Positions 24,885 to 36,350 of a stretch of 64,000 bases of DNA are shown piece after piece. This stretch comes from Octopus sinensis. Its lineage: Eukaryota. Made by a program: the position numbers and the translations under genes. Position 1 is the stretch's first letter. Every line of letters begins with the position of its first letter. Below the pieces are notes generated by a model. It was not told the origin of the DNA. It saw only the letters and a program-made list of their open reading frames with translations, and ran no database searches. The DNA is taken from contig NC_043003.1 in NCBI RefSeq assembly GCF_006345805.1, positions 14,012,001-14,076,000 on the forward strand, in the 5' to 3' direction.

Positions 24885-24899
24885 AGAGGCTATTGTAAT

Positions 24900-25340
24900 A
24901 TCAGTAAAGAAATAGCGTTCTGTGAGTGAAGGCTTACCCCACATAGTTAGACGGCTTTTCTTAGACGTAGGTAATGTGTGGGTACAGCAAATGCACTAAT
25001 CCAGATTTTTAAATATAGCCTTAACATATGGTGAATTTAGATATTTGTAAAGGGTTAACAGCTGTTCAGAGCTGGTGTATATGTTGGCCATATGTGACTT
25101 TCGTAAGAGTTTGGTGGTAATGTTAAGCTGAGCAATTATTATTGAGGCGTGTAACAGTATGAGACATGAGAAAAGAATATAATTTAAAATACTTTTGTCT
25201 GTGATATGAGTTCTGGCATTACTTAATGGGGACTCAAGTTCTATTTAGGAAGCATGTGCAGAACTAGTATGAACTGAAAACTGCATGCAAACGAACTTTG
25301 CCTGCTAATAACAAGGAATTGTGGAGTGGTGTCATTTTGC
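24900..25340 (-). pseudogene. Highly degraded CR1/Jockey-like LINE RT fragment
   Basis: Reverse frame ..SSEQLLTLYKYLNSPYV.. resembles the LLTLYKxxIRPxLEY motif. Confidence 0.35.
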
Positions 25341-25355
25341 AAAGGATTAAGGATG

Positions 25356-26695
25356 GCAAAGCGGCGAGCTGGCTACAATGTTAGCATGCCGGGCGAAATG
25401 CTTAGCGGTATTGCGTCTGCCGCTACGTTCTGAGTTCAAATTCCGCCGAGGTCGACTTTGCCTTTCATCCTTTCGGGGTCGATCAAATAAGTACCAGTTA
25501 CGCACTGGGGTCGATTTAATTGACTTAATCCATTTGTCTGTCCTTGTTTGTGCCCTCTGTGTTTAGCCCCCTCGTGAGTAGTAAAGAAATAGGTATTTCG
25601 TCTGCCATTACGTTCTGAGTTCAAATTCCGCCGAGGTCGACACTGCCTTTCATCCTTTCGGGGTCGATCAAATAAGTACCAGTTACACACTGGGGTCGAT
25701 TTAATCGACTTAATCCATTTGTCTGTCCTTGTTTGTCCCCTCTGTGTGTAGCCCCCTCGTGAGTAGTAAAGAAATAGGTATTTCGTCTGCCGTTACGTTC
25801 TGAGTTCAAATTCCGCCGATGTCGACTTTGCCTTTCATCCTTTCAGGGTTGATTAAATAAGTACCAGTTACACACTGGGGTCGATTTAATCAACTTAATC
25901 CGTTTGTCTGTCGTTGTTTGTCCCCTCTGTGTGTAGCCCCTTGTGAGTAGTAAAGAAATAGGTATTTCGTCTGCCGTTACGTTCTGAGTTCAAATTCCGC
26001 CGATGTCGACTTTGCCTTTCATCCTTTCAGGGTTGATTAAATAAGTACCAGTTAAACAGTGGGGTCGATTTAATCGACTTAATCCGTTTGTCTGTCCTTG
26101 TTTGTCCCCTCTGTGTGTAGCCTCTTGTGGGCAGTAAAGAAATAGGTATTTCGTCTGCCGTTACGTTCTGAGTTCAAATTCCGCCGAGGTCGACTTTGCC
26201 TTTCATCCTTTCAGGGTCGATTAAATAAGTACCAGTTACACACCGAGGTTGATTTAATCGACTTAATCCGTTTGTCTGTCCTTGTTTGTCCCCTCTGTGT
26301 GTAGCCCCTTGTGAGTAGTAAAGAAATAGGAATTTCGTCTGCCGTTACGTTCTGAGTTCAAATTCCGCCAAGATCGACTTTACATTTCATCCTTTCGGGG
26401 TCGATTAAATAAGTACCAGTTACACACTGGGGTCGATATAATCGACTTAATCCGTTTGTCTGTCCTTGTTTGTCCCCCCTGTGTGTAGCCCATTGTGAGT
26501 AGTAAAGAAATAGGTATTTCGTCTGCCGTTACGTTTTGAGTTCAAATTCCACCGAGGTCGACTTTGCCTTTCATCCTTTCGGGGTCGATCAAATAAGTAC
26601 CAGTTACACACTGGGGTCGATTTAATCGACTTAATCCGTTTGTCTGTCCTTGTTTGTTCCCTCTCTGTGTAGCTCCTTGTGGGTAGTAAGGAAAT
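25356..26695 (+). repeat. Head-to-tail 7-mer of SINE S2 (184-185 bp period) with a single 13-bp TSD
   Basis: Units start at 25408, 25593, 25778, 25962, 26146, 26330 and 26514; aggattaaggatg at 25343-25355 and 26696-26708. Confidence 0.92.
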
Positions 26696-27210
26696 AGGAT
26701 TAAGGATGTTTAGCACTGAAAGTGCAAGTTCATAGATGTAAGAAAGAAGACTGGGAGAACTAGAGAGCCTGGATTGTTAAAATAGGGGCTGAAGAAACGT
26801 TAATAAATGCGATAGATTCATCATTATTGTTTTAACATCTACTTTTCCATGCTCTCATGGGTCAGACAGAGTTTTGTGAGGTAGTTCTTTTACAGCTGGA
26901 TGTCCTTCCTGTTGCTAACCCTTATCTGTTTCCAAGTGAAATAATATTTCTGCATAGCCAGACATGTTTTTGAAGAATAGCTTGCTTACCAACCACATGG
27001 TTCCGGGTTCAGTACCACTGCGTGGCACCTTGGGTAAGTGTCTTCTACTATAGTCTCGGGCTGACCAAAGCCTTGTTAGTGGATTTGGTAGACGGAAACT
27101 GAAAGAAGCCCGTCGTATATATATATATGTATGTATATGTATGTATGTGTGTGTATATGTTTGTGTGTCTGATTTATATCCAAATACCAGGTTTATAAAA
27201 AACAAAATTA

Positions 27211-27762
27211 TTAGGTTGTCTGGAAAGTTCGTGCCGATTTATAGTCGCTTACCTTTCGACTTATTTTAGAACATGGTTAAGTTCATAAAATAGGATTTGA
27301 CTACACCTCCATTTAGAGCACAGTTCAAGCTATCTTTTTGTGGAAGAAGGTTTATGTTCCTATGTGTAACCCTTTAAAATGGAAGATAAGAAAGTTCATT
27401 TTCGGCATTTGATGCTTTGGGAACCAGACAAAAATTGCTGCAGCTTGGCTGGGATGTGTTACCCCAGCCTCCATATTCACCAGATATTTCTCCTTCGGAT
27501 TTCCACTTATTCAGGTCTCTGCAGAATAGTCTTAATGGTAAAAATTTCAATTCCTTGGATGACGTAAAAAGATACCTTGATGAATTCTTTGCCATGAATC
27601 CACCTCAATTCTGGGAAGAGGGTATTTTCAAGTTAAAGGAAAGATGGAGACACATTGTGCAACAAAATGGTTCATATTTGGTTGATTAAAAATGTAATGG
27701 CAAGTATTTATTGACCTTTTTCTTTCCTTTAAAAATTGGCATGAACTTTGCGGACAATCCAA
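27211..27762 (+). mobile_element. Internally deleted mariner element, second copy
   Basis: TA TSD, TIRs, MEDKKVHFRHLMLW joined to TRQKLLQLGWDVLPQPPYSPDISPSD. Confidence 0.92.
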
Positions 27763-28332
27763 TAATTTATTAAATTTTTTACCATTTTCAAAATTAATTG
27801 ACACAAAGACAGTATATTTTAAAACAAATATGATTAAAGGATCTAATATAGGACCCAACTTTGCATATAGGACCCGAGGGAATTTTTCTGAAACACCTTT
27901 GCAGGCAAAAAGTGAGTCTTATGTGGTATCACATGCCATGGATATTAAATTATATCTCCATTGAATGTAACTAAAATAAAAATTAGATTATTCTCTGCTT
28001 ATTTTGATAATATTTGCATCTGATTCAGTGAAAGAAATATGGAAAAAAAAAGGGGGGGGGGATAAAAATGAAAAGCATGCAGAGTGATAGACCTACAGTG
28101 TACCATCGTTAAAGTAATTTATTTGTTGGAAATGGTGGAATCAAAAATAACGTCCTTTACTGCAACATACATAGTGGTGGTGTTCAGTGCTTCATTGACA
28201 ACAACAAATCAATGAGTAGCAGCAGCAGCAGCAACAGCAGGGAAACAGCTGCTACTGTCATTACATGTGCATTACAACCAGCTGTGCTTGGCGAATGACA
28301 ATTGCTGATCAACGCAGATAGTATTGATTTAC

Positions 28333-28349
28333 CAGTTTTAAGGAAAATA
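28333..28349 (-). CDS. Candidate 17-nt micro-exon; read-through to the stop at 28184 gives an alternative terminal exon
   Basis: ttttgtttttttccccctcag|TATTTTCCTTAAAACTG|gtaaat. Confidence 0.45.
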
Positions 28350-28352
28350 CTG

Positions 28353-28390
<38 letters not shown>

Positions 28391-28613
28391 CAATCTAAGA
28401 TACTGCTATGACAATAAATTAAATTAACTAACCACACAACAGGTTTGTCAACATAGAATATGGGTCACAGGAGAGAGATATCAACAGTAATATTGGTGAA
28501 GGAATTATAGTTACTTTGGTAGCAGGTTGCAGCCAATTATTACAGCAACTTATTTTTCACTTGAAACCGTAACAGAGATTAAGAAAGTAAGAATTAAAGT
28601 TCTAAAAATTAGC

Positions 28614-29008
28614 TTACTCTCTTTTACTCTTTACTTGTTTCAGTCATTTGACTGTGGCCATGCTGGAGCACCACCTTTTTAGTCGAGCAAATCGACCCCA
28701 GGACTTATTCTTTGTAAGCCCAGTACTTATTCTATCGGTCTCTTTTGCCGAACCGCTAGGTGACGGGGACGTAAACACACCAGCATCGGTTGTCATGCAA
28801 TGCTAGGGGGGACAAACACAGACACACAAACACACACATACATATATATATATACATACATATATACGACAGGCTTCTTTCAGTTTCCGTCTACCAAATC
28901 CACTCACAAGGCATTGGTCGGCCCGGGGCTATAGCAGAAGACACTTGCCCAAGATGCCACGCTGTGGGACTGAACCTGGAACCATGTGGTTGGTTAGCAA
29001 GTTACTTA
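28614..29008 (-). mobile_element. SINE S1 full length
   Basis: Family match. Confidence 0.88.
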
Positions 29009-29077
29009 TTATTACTACTACTACTACTACTTCTACTACTACTACTACTACTACTATTATTATCATTACTTTACTGG

Positions 29078-29332
29078 CACCTGTGCCGGTGGCATGTGTA
29101 AAAGATTCGAGCGAGGTCGTTGCCCGTGCCGCCTGACTGGCCCCGTGCCAGTGGCACATAAAAGCACCCACTACACTCTCGGAGTGGTTGGCGTTAGGAA
29201 GGGCATCCAGCTGTAGAAACACTGCCAGATCAGATAGGAGCCTGGTGCAGCCATCTGGTGTGCCAGACCTCAGTCAAATCGTCCAACCCATGTTAGCATG
29301 GAAAGCGGACGTTAAACGATGATGATGATGAT
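29078..29332 (+). mobile_element. Retroposon S3
   Basis: Family match. Confidence 0.8.
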
Positions 29333-29689
29333 TAACGCGGTGAGCTGGTAGAATCGTTAGCACGCCGAGCGAAATGTTCAGCGATATTTCACCTGCCGCT
29401 ATGTTCTGAGTTAAAATTTTGCCGAAGTTGACTTTGCCTTTCATATTTTTGGGGTCGGTAAATTAAGTACCGGTGCTGGTGTGTTTATATTCCTGTAACT
29501 TAGCAGTTCAGCAAAAGAGAGTGATAGAATAAGTACTAGGCTTACAAAGAATAAGTCATAGGGTCAATTTGTTCGACCAAAGGCAGTGCTCCAGAATGGC
29601 TGCAGTCAAATGACGGAAACAAATTAGAACGAAAGAGTATTATTATTATTATTATTATTATTGATCTGATTCAGGTATCTTCATATTCC

Positions 29690-29765
29690 TGGTAGAATTT
29701 ATGTTCTAAAATAAGTCGAAAGGTAAGCTAACTATAAACCAGCACAAACTTTCCGGACAACCCAA
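29690..29765 (-). mobile_element. Mariner left-end fragment
   Basis: Reverse complement of the TIR and subterminal region of 11978 and 27211. Confidence 0.7.
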
Positions 29766-29957
29766 TACAAATCAATTTTCCCCCATTTAAATTAACTAAA
29801 ATATAATTAATCTGTTCCAGCCCACCACAAAACCACTCAAAAATAATTTTTTATGGGTTTTAAAATAGAAAAAGTGTAGTTACAAGTAAAATGGCAATTA
29901 TAAAAAGAGAATGCAAAAGAAATATGTAAACTGGTTTTATTAACTAAATTACCTTAA

Positions 29958-30178
29958 CCCTTTAGTGTTCACATTATTCTGCCAAAATTAATCCTTTTTT
30001 ATCCACATTGTTTTGAACTAATCATGCATTATCTTGTAGCTATGAGATTTTGATGAGGTAGCTGTTAACTTTTAAGATGATATTGTAGGGTTGGTGTGAG
30101 AGACCAGATCTGGCCAGTTTGAACATAAAACAGGCAGAATACCTTTGGCCGGATATGGCCGGTTTAAATGCTAAAGGG
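29958..30178. mobile_element. piggyBac-type MITE family 1
   Basis: TTAA|CCCTTTAG...CTAAAGGG|TCAA. Confidence 0.8.
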
Positions 30179-30807
30179 TCAAAGATGGGATGATTTGTGT
30201 GCTCATACTGCGGATTTTTGCTCATACTTCAAGACAAAAATTTGCTCGAGTCTCAGCCCATACAGCAAATTACTGGAACAATGGGGCATTCGTATTGTGA
30301 GGTTCTACTGCGTTATTCTTATTATCAAGGCAGTGAGCTGGCAGAATCTTTAGCATACCGAATGGAATGCTTAGTGACATTTCATCTGTCTGTACATTCT
30401 GAGTTCAAATCCTGCTGAGGTCAGTTATTATCAGTAAATGCTATTATTATCATTTGTTTTTATTATCTTACAGAGTTCAAGCTAAGCACCTGTGCTTAAA
30501 ATTGTTTTCGTTATATTATATTGAAAGTATACAGATAGAAAATGCAGAAAAGGGACAAAACTAAGGAAAGAAAGAAGGGTGGTGGAAAAATGAGTAGAGG
30601 GATAATATACATATATATATTCAATAAAGATAAATATATAATACATGTATAATATACATATCCATATCCACACTTCCATACACAATAAATATACATATAC
30701 ACATCCATATACAATATACAAAATCTGCGTCAACAAGTTTTGTTTCACCCATGCAAACATGGAAAAATGGATGTTAAATTGATTATATATATGATTATAT
30801 ATATATG

Positions 30808-30847
<40 letters not shown>

Positions 30848-31044
30848 GATGGTAAATGTTTTTTCATTTCCTTTGATTTTAATCTGCAATAGTGGTTCGG
30901 AATTTAACTGTCCTCTCTAGCGTGTAGGTAGTCCTATGATGGCTACCTCTTATGTGTTTAAATGTACACTGTATTCATATATATCATCATCATCATCATC
31001 CTCATTTAACGTCCGCTTTCCATGCTAGCATGGATAATATATAT

Positions 31045-31079
<35 letters not shown>

Positions 31080-31174
31080 GATACATAAATAGCTAAAAAG
31101 ACAGACAAATAGACACTGTTTATGGCAGGCACAGAGTTCTAATCCTGCCAACTTTATTCCAACATTTTTTCCCA

Positions 31175-31259
<85 letters not shown>

Positions 31260-31492
31260 CACACACATACATGCATGCATGTATGTATGTGTGTGGCTGG
31301 TGCTACATAAGAAGCAACTAGAACACTGTAGAGTGATTGGTATAAAGGATATCCAGTTGTAAAAACCATACCAAAACAGACAACTGTGTGTATATATATA
31401 TACACAAATATATATATATATATCTATATACACACACACACATCAAATGTATCATCATTTTCATGTCCACTTTTCACTACTCACATGAGTGT

Positions 31493-31865
31493 CTGACAAT
31501 ATGTGCATCTCTGATCACGAGCAGAAGTAGTGGGGAAGCATCATAGCCATGTGTTGGGAGGAATTTTTGGGGGTTTGAATAATTCACCCCTGGAAACATG
31601 AGTTTCGTTCATCATCCTTAAACAAACCTAATTCTGGGACTGTTTGAGCAGGATGTGCTACTCCACCTGAAAAAAATTCTAATTGGGTCCCACCCGCAAG
31701 GTCATGACCTGTTTATCTTGATATGAGATCACCATGTCATGCACATATGGTTGTGATGCATGTGCCTGGTGTACCCTTATCAGACGGGTAGTCATGATGG
31801 GTATACTGGGCATTGGATATTTGTACCCCAGTGTTACTTTGATGGCATGCACTGCTCTCTCACTC
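31493..31865 (+). mobile_element. (TAA)n-associated retro-element, 5'-truncated
   Basis: Aligns with the copies at 53426, 54315 and 55268; ends ctctctcactc(aat)n. Confidence 0.7.
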
Positions 31866-31911
<46 letters not shown>

Positions 31912-32647
31912 TGAACTGGTAATACTGCTACTAAGACATTGTTGCAATTGGTAGTTCTGTAAAATATTAGTTGCAAACAGCTGACAAAACTAAAAGTGGT
32001 GATTGGCTAAGAGCAACAATTACATGATATAGTAATTAACTTTCTTTGGAGAGAAGATTAACAACTAGAATCTTAGCTTTTTATTACGGTCATAATTGTA
32101 AACTTGGTTTGACAGTAACGTTATCATGTTTCGCTTGGAAGTGAAATTATTGGCAATTTACATCAGGAGCAAACCAGATGATGGTAAAACATAAAACAAG
32201 GGAATTACGAAGAGTTAAAATAGAGGAGTTTTTATTTGATGTAAGAAAGTGTTATAAGCGTCATAAGTTATATTGAAGAACTTGTTCAGTTTGACAGTAC
32301 AAATGAAAGAACAAAAGCATTTTGTTGCTAGTGAGAAGAAAAAAAAACCTGGCTAAAAAAATACAAGTGACTTAACTCATATCACCTTTCTAAATGTATG
32401 AGTTGGTTTTATATATATATAAGAAAAAAAAAGGTCGTCATTTGTGAACTACAATAATAGTCTTGTATAGAAAATATAGCTGTCATAAATAAGAAAGAGA
32501 GTGAGTGGGGGGGGGGACTAGAATTATATGGATAAAATAAGAGATAAATGTGTCGAAATTCTGGTAAATAAATAAGGTTTTGTTGGTTGGAATTCTAACA
32601 AAAAATATTTAACCTTTTAGCATTCCGATTACTCTGTCAAGTGTATC

Positions 32648-32968
32648 ATCCTCATCATCATCGTTTAACGTCCGCCTTCCATGCTAGCATGGGTTGGACG
32701 ATTTTGACTGAGGGCTGGTGAACCAGACAGCCGCACCAGGCTCCAATCTTAATCTGGCAGAGTTTCTACAGCTGGATGCCCTTCCTAATGCCAACTACTC
32801 CGAGAGTGTAGTGGGTTCCTTTTACGTGCCACCAGCACGGGGCCAGTCAGGCGGTACTGGCAATGACCTCGCTTGAATCTTTTTACACATGCCACCGGCA
32901 CAAGTGCCAGTAAGGCGATGTTGGTAACGATCACGCTCGAATGGTGCCCTTTTACGTGCCACCAGCAC
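32648..32968 (-). mobile_element. Retroposon S3 nested in a piggyBac MITE
   Basis: Host MITE sequence on both sides. Confidence 0.75.
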
Positions 32969-33871
32969 GTAATGCTTATTTATTCACATTGTTTAGAATT
33001 AACCATGCATGGTCTTGTAGCCTTGAGATTTCAGTGATGTGACTCATTACTTTATGAATGACATTGTGGGGTAAGTGTAAAAGGCCAAATCTGACTAGTT
33101 TGGTCATAAAAATCATAGAATTTTTTTTTTTGGCCAGATATGGATGGATTAAATGGTGAAGACTTAAAACTGAGTTAAGGAATCAGTGACAAAAATTTAA
33201 ATAAAATGAAATTTAACCTCTTCATTATAGAAAGGGAAAAAGTTAACCCTTTAGCATTTAGATTTTTTTTTTTATGAGCTCTTTTCAAGCCTAGCCAGGC
33301 TCATGGGCCTGGTTTCCAGGTTTCTATGGTGTATGTGTTCCCCAAGAAACAGGAAGAAAGAGCGAGAGAAAGTTGGGGCGAAAGAGTACAACAGAGGTCG
33401 CCACCACTCCCTGGTACTTATTTTTTTGACCCTGCCACCACAAAGATGAAAGGTAAAGTCAACCTCAGTAGAATTTGAACTCAGAACGTGAAGACAGACG
33501 AAATACGGCTTCAGTATTTCGTCCAGCACTCTAACTGTTCTGCTAGCTCACAACCTTAATAATAATAATCATAATAATAATAATAATAATATGTATATGT
33601 GTCTGTATATACACGCACACACACAATGTATATAAGGTTATGTAGCAAGAAAAGAACACACTCTCTCTCTCTCTCCCCAAAGCAAACAGTAAATAATAAG
33701 ATCCTTCTTATATCATAGTTGTTGGTGATTAACCTATCAGCTCACTTTCAACAATACAAAATAAAATCAATAACACACTAATGGGAAACCTATAGAACCA
33801 GTGTGTCATCACAGTCATATTCTAGTTTAATTAGCCTGGGACAATAGCTGTTGAGTTTCATCCGTTATTAC

Positions 33872-33880
33872 CTGTAAGTG
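33872..33880 (-). CDS. Candidate 9-nt micro-exon CACTTACAG
   Basis: tttttaccttctcttctgtatctaataacctag|CACTTACAG|gtaata. Confidence 0.4.
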
Positions 33881-34016
33881 CTAGGTTATTAGATACAGAA
33901 GAGAAGGTAAAAATGGCAGCCGAGAGCAGGCACGAGCAATCTCTTACAGGAAGTAGGTCAATGGGACATGGCTCATCATGTGACAGGCCACATGACTTTA
34001 ACCCTTTAGTGTTTAA

Positions 34017-34237
34017 CCCTTTAGTGTTCACATTATTCTGCCAAAATTAATCCTTTTTTATCCACATTGTTTTGAACTAATTATGCATTATCTTGTTGCT
34101 ATGAGATTTTAATGAGGTAGCTGTTAATTTTTAAAACAATATTGTAGGGTTGGTGTGAGAGACCAGATCTGGCCAGTTTGAACATAAAACAGGCAGAATA
34201 CTTTTGGCCGGATATGGCCGGTTTAAATGCTAAAGGG
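34017..34237. mobile_element. piggyBac-type MITE family 1 with a 15-bp duplicated left end
   Basis: Near-identical to 29958-30178. Confidence 0.8.
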
Positions 34238-34373
34238 TCAAACCAGCCATATCTGGCCAAAATATTCTACCTGGTTTATCTTCGGACTGGTCAGATATGG
34301 ACTTTCATAGTTACCTTACGGTGCCATTTTTAAAATAAACAATCACAGTTGTATATTAAAGAGATGAGGAATT

Positions 34374-34614
34374 ATGTACATTATTTACATTCGACAAATA
34401 TTTGTCCTCATCTTGTTTATTGTTAACACAATGTTTTGGCTGATATACCCTCCAGCCTTCATCAGGTGTCTTGGGGAAATTTCGAACCTGAGTTCTCATT
34501 CCTAAGGTATTTATCAATGTTATTATTATTATTATTGTTGTTCAGGTCACTGCTTGGAATCAAACTCGGAATCTTGGAGTTAGTAGCCTGCGCTCTTAAC
34601 CACTACACTATATG
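34374..34614 (-). mobile_element. tRNA-headed hammerhead SINE, family A
   Basis: tRNA-like head, (AAT)n spacer and tail with a hammerhead at 34425-34470 (G12>A). Confidence 0.8.
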
Positions 34615-34685
34615 GAATCAGTATTAAGGCAGGATAGAAAAATATTAGGTTTATAAGCCCTAAAATTCATTCCATAATTGCCCAC

Positions 34686-34948
34686 GGACATATGGCATAG
34701 TGGTTAAGAACACGGGCAACTAACCCCAAGATTCCAAGTTTGAGTCTAAGCAGTAACCTGAACAATAATAATAATAATAATAATAATAACAACAACAACA
34801 ATAACAACATTGAAAAATACTTTAGGAATGAGAACCCAGGTTCGAAATTTCCCCAAGATACCTGAAGAAGGCTGGAGGGTATATCAGCCGAAATGTTATG
34901 TTAACAATAAACAAGATGAGGACAAATATCTATCGAATGTAAATAATA
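34686..34948 (+). mobile_element. tRNA-headed hammerhead SINE, family A
   Basis: tggcatagtggttaag head, (AAT)n, hammerhead at 34857-34902. Confidence 0.8.
34857..34902 (+). ncRNA. Minimal type I hammerhead motif
   Basis: GAUAC CUGAAGA A GGCUG-gaggguauau-CAGCC GAAA UG UU AUGUU. Confidence 0.65.
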
Positions 34949-36019
34949 TAAACAATCACATCATTGAAATTTCAAAGCCATGAAATAATGGATGATTAAT
35001 TCAAAATGGTGTGGAGTACATAAGCTTTACATTTGACAGAATAATCTGAATGCTAAAGGGATAAAAAAAAATTTGAGGTAATTTTTTTGTTAGGCCTACA
35101 CCTGGTCAAGACCTTGAATCTGAACAGAATTCAAAATTTTAGCTTATATTTTAAAATATTCAACCTGAACCTTTTAGCATTCAGATTACTCTGTGAAATG
35201 TAATGCTTATTTATTCACATTGTTCTGAATGAATCATGCATTATTTCGTAAGTCTGAGATCGTTTACTTTTTAGAATGACATTGTAGGATAGGTGTGAGA
35301 GGTTGCATCTGGCCAGTTTAAAATATTAACTCTTTAGCGTTCAGATTATTCTGTCAAACGTAATGCTTATTTATTTACACAGTTTTGAAAAAATCATGCA
35401 TCATTTCATAGTTTTGGGATCTTGATGATGTGATTGTATATTTTAAGAATGACATTGTAGGATAGGTGTATAAAGTCAAATCTGGCCAGTTTGAACATAA
35501 AACAGGTAGAATAGTTGGGCTGGATGTGGTTGGTTTAGATACTAAAGGGTTAAATACTCTGAAAGCCTCACTTGAAATGTTCATAGACTTAGCTGTGTGG
35601 TTAAGAGATTTGTTTCCCAACCACATGGCTTTGAGTTCAACCCATTGCATGGCATGCTCGGCAAGTGTCTTTCAGTACAGTCCCAGGCTGATGACCTAAG
35701 CCTTGTCAGTGGATTTTGTGAATGGAAACTAAAAAAAAGGGTGTTATGTACATGTGTGTGTTTGGGTTGGATGGAGTTTGCTAAAAGCAGATTTTTCTAC
35801 AGCTGGATGCTCTTCCTGTCAACAACCTTCACCTGTTTCCTAGTTAAGTAATATTTCCCTTTGACCAGACATGTTTTCACAGCAGACTGGAAATGAAGGA
35901 CACCATTTGCACGACACAGACATCGAAGCTATTTTACAACTATCACATGATATCAAAACAAGATAACACTAACACACACATATATGTAAACCAACACAGT
36001 AAATATAAATCATAATCAT

Positions 36020-36350
36020 CATCATCATCCTTTAACGTCTGCTTTCCATGCTAGCATGGGTTGGACGATTTGACTGAGGACTGGTGAACCAGATGGCTGT
36101 GCCAGGCTCCAATCTGATCTGGCAGAGTTTCTACAGCTGGATGCACTTCCTAACGCCAACCACTCCAAGAGTGTAGTGGGTGCTTTTACGTGTCACCTGC
36201 ACGAGGGCCACTCTGACGGTACTGGCAATGGTCACGCTCGAAATGGTGTTTTTGACATGCCACGTGCACAGGAGTCAGTCCAACAGCACTGGCAACTACC
36301 TTGCTCAAATGCTTTGTTCACGTGCCACCAACACAAGTGCCAGTTATGCA
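36020..36350 (-). mobile_element. Retroposon S3 with VNTR
   Basis: Family match. Confidence 0.75.

Noticed and set aside
25408-26698. CRISPR-like appearance of the regular array
   Set aside because: Eukaryotic DNA; 184-bp near-identical SINE units with no unique spacers and no cas genes
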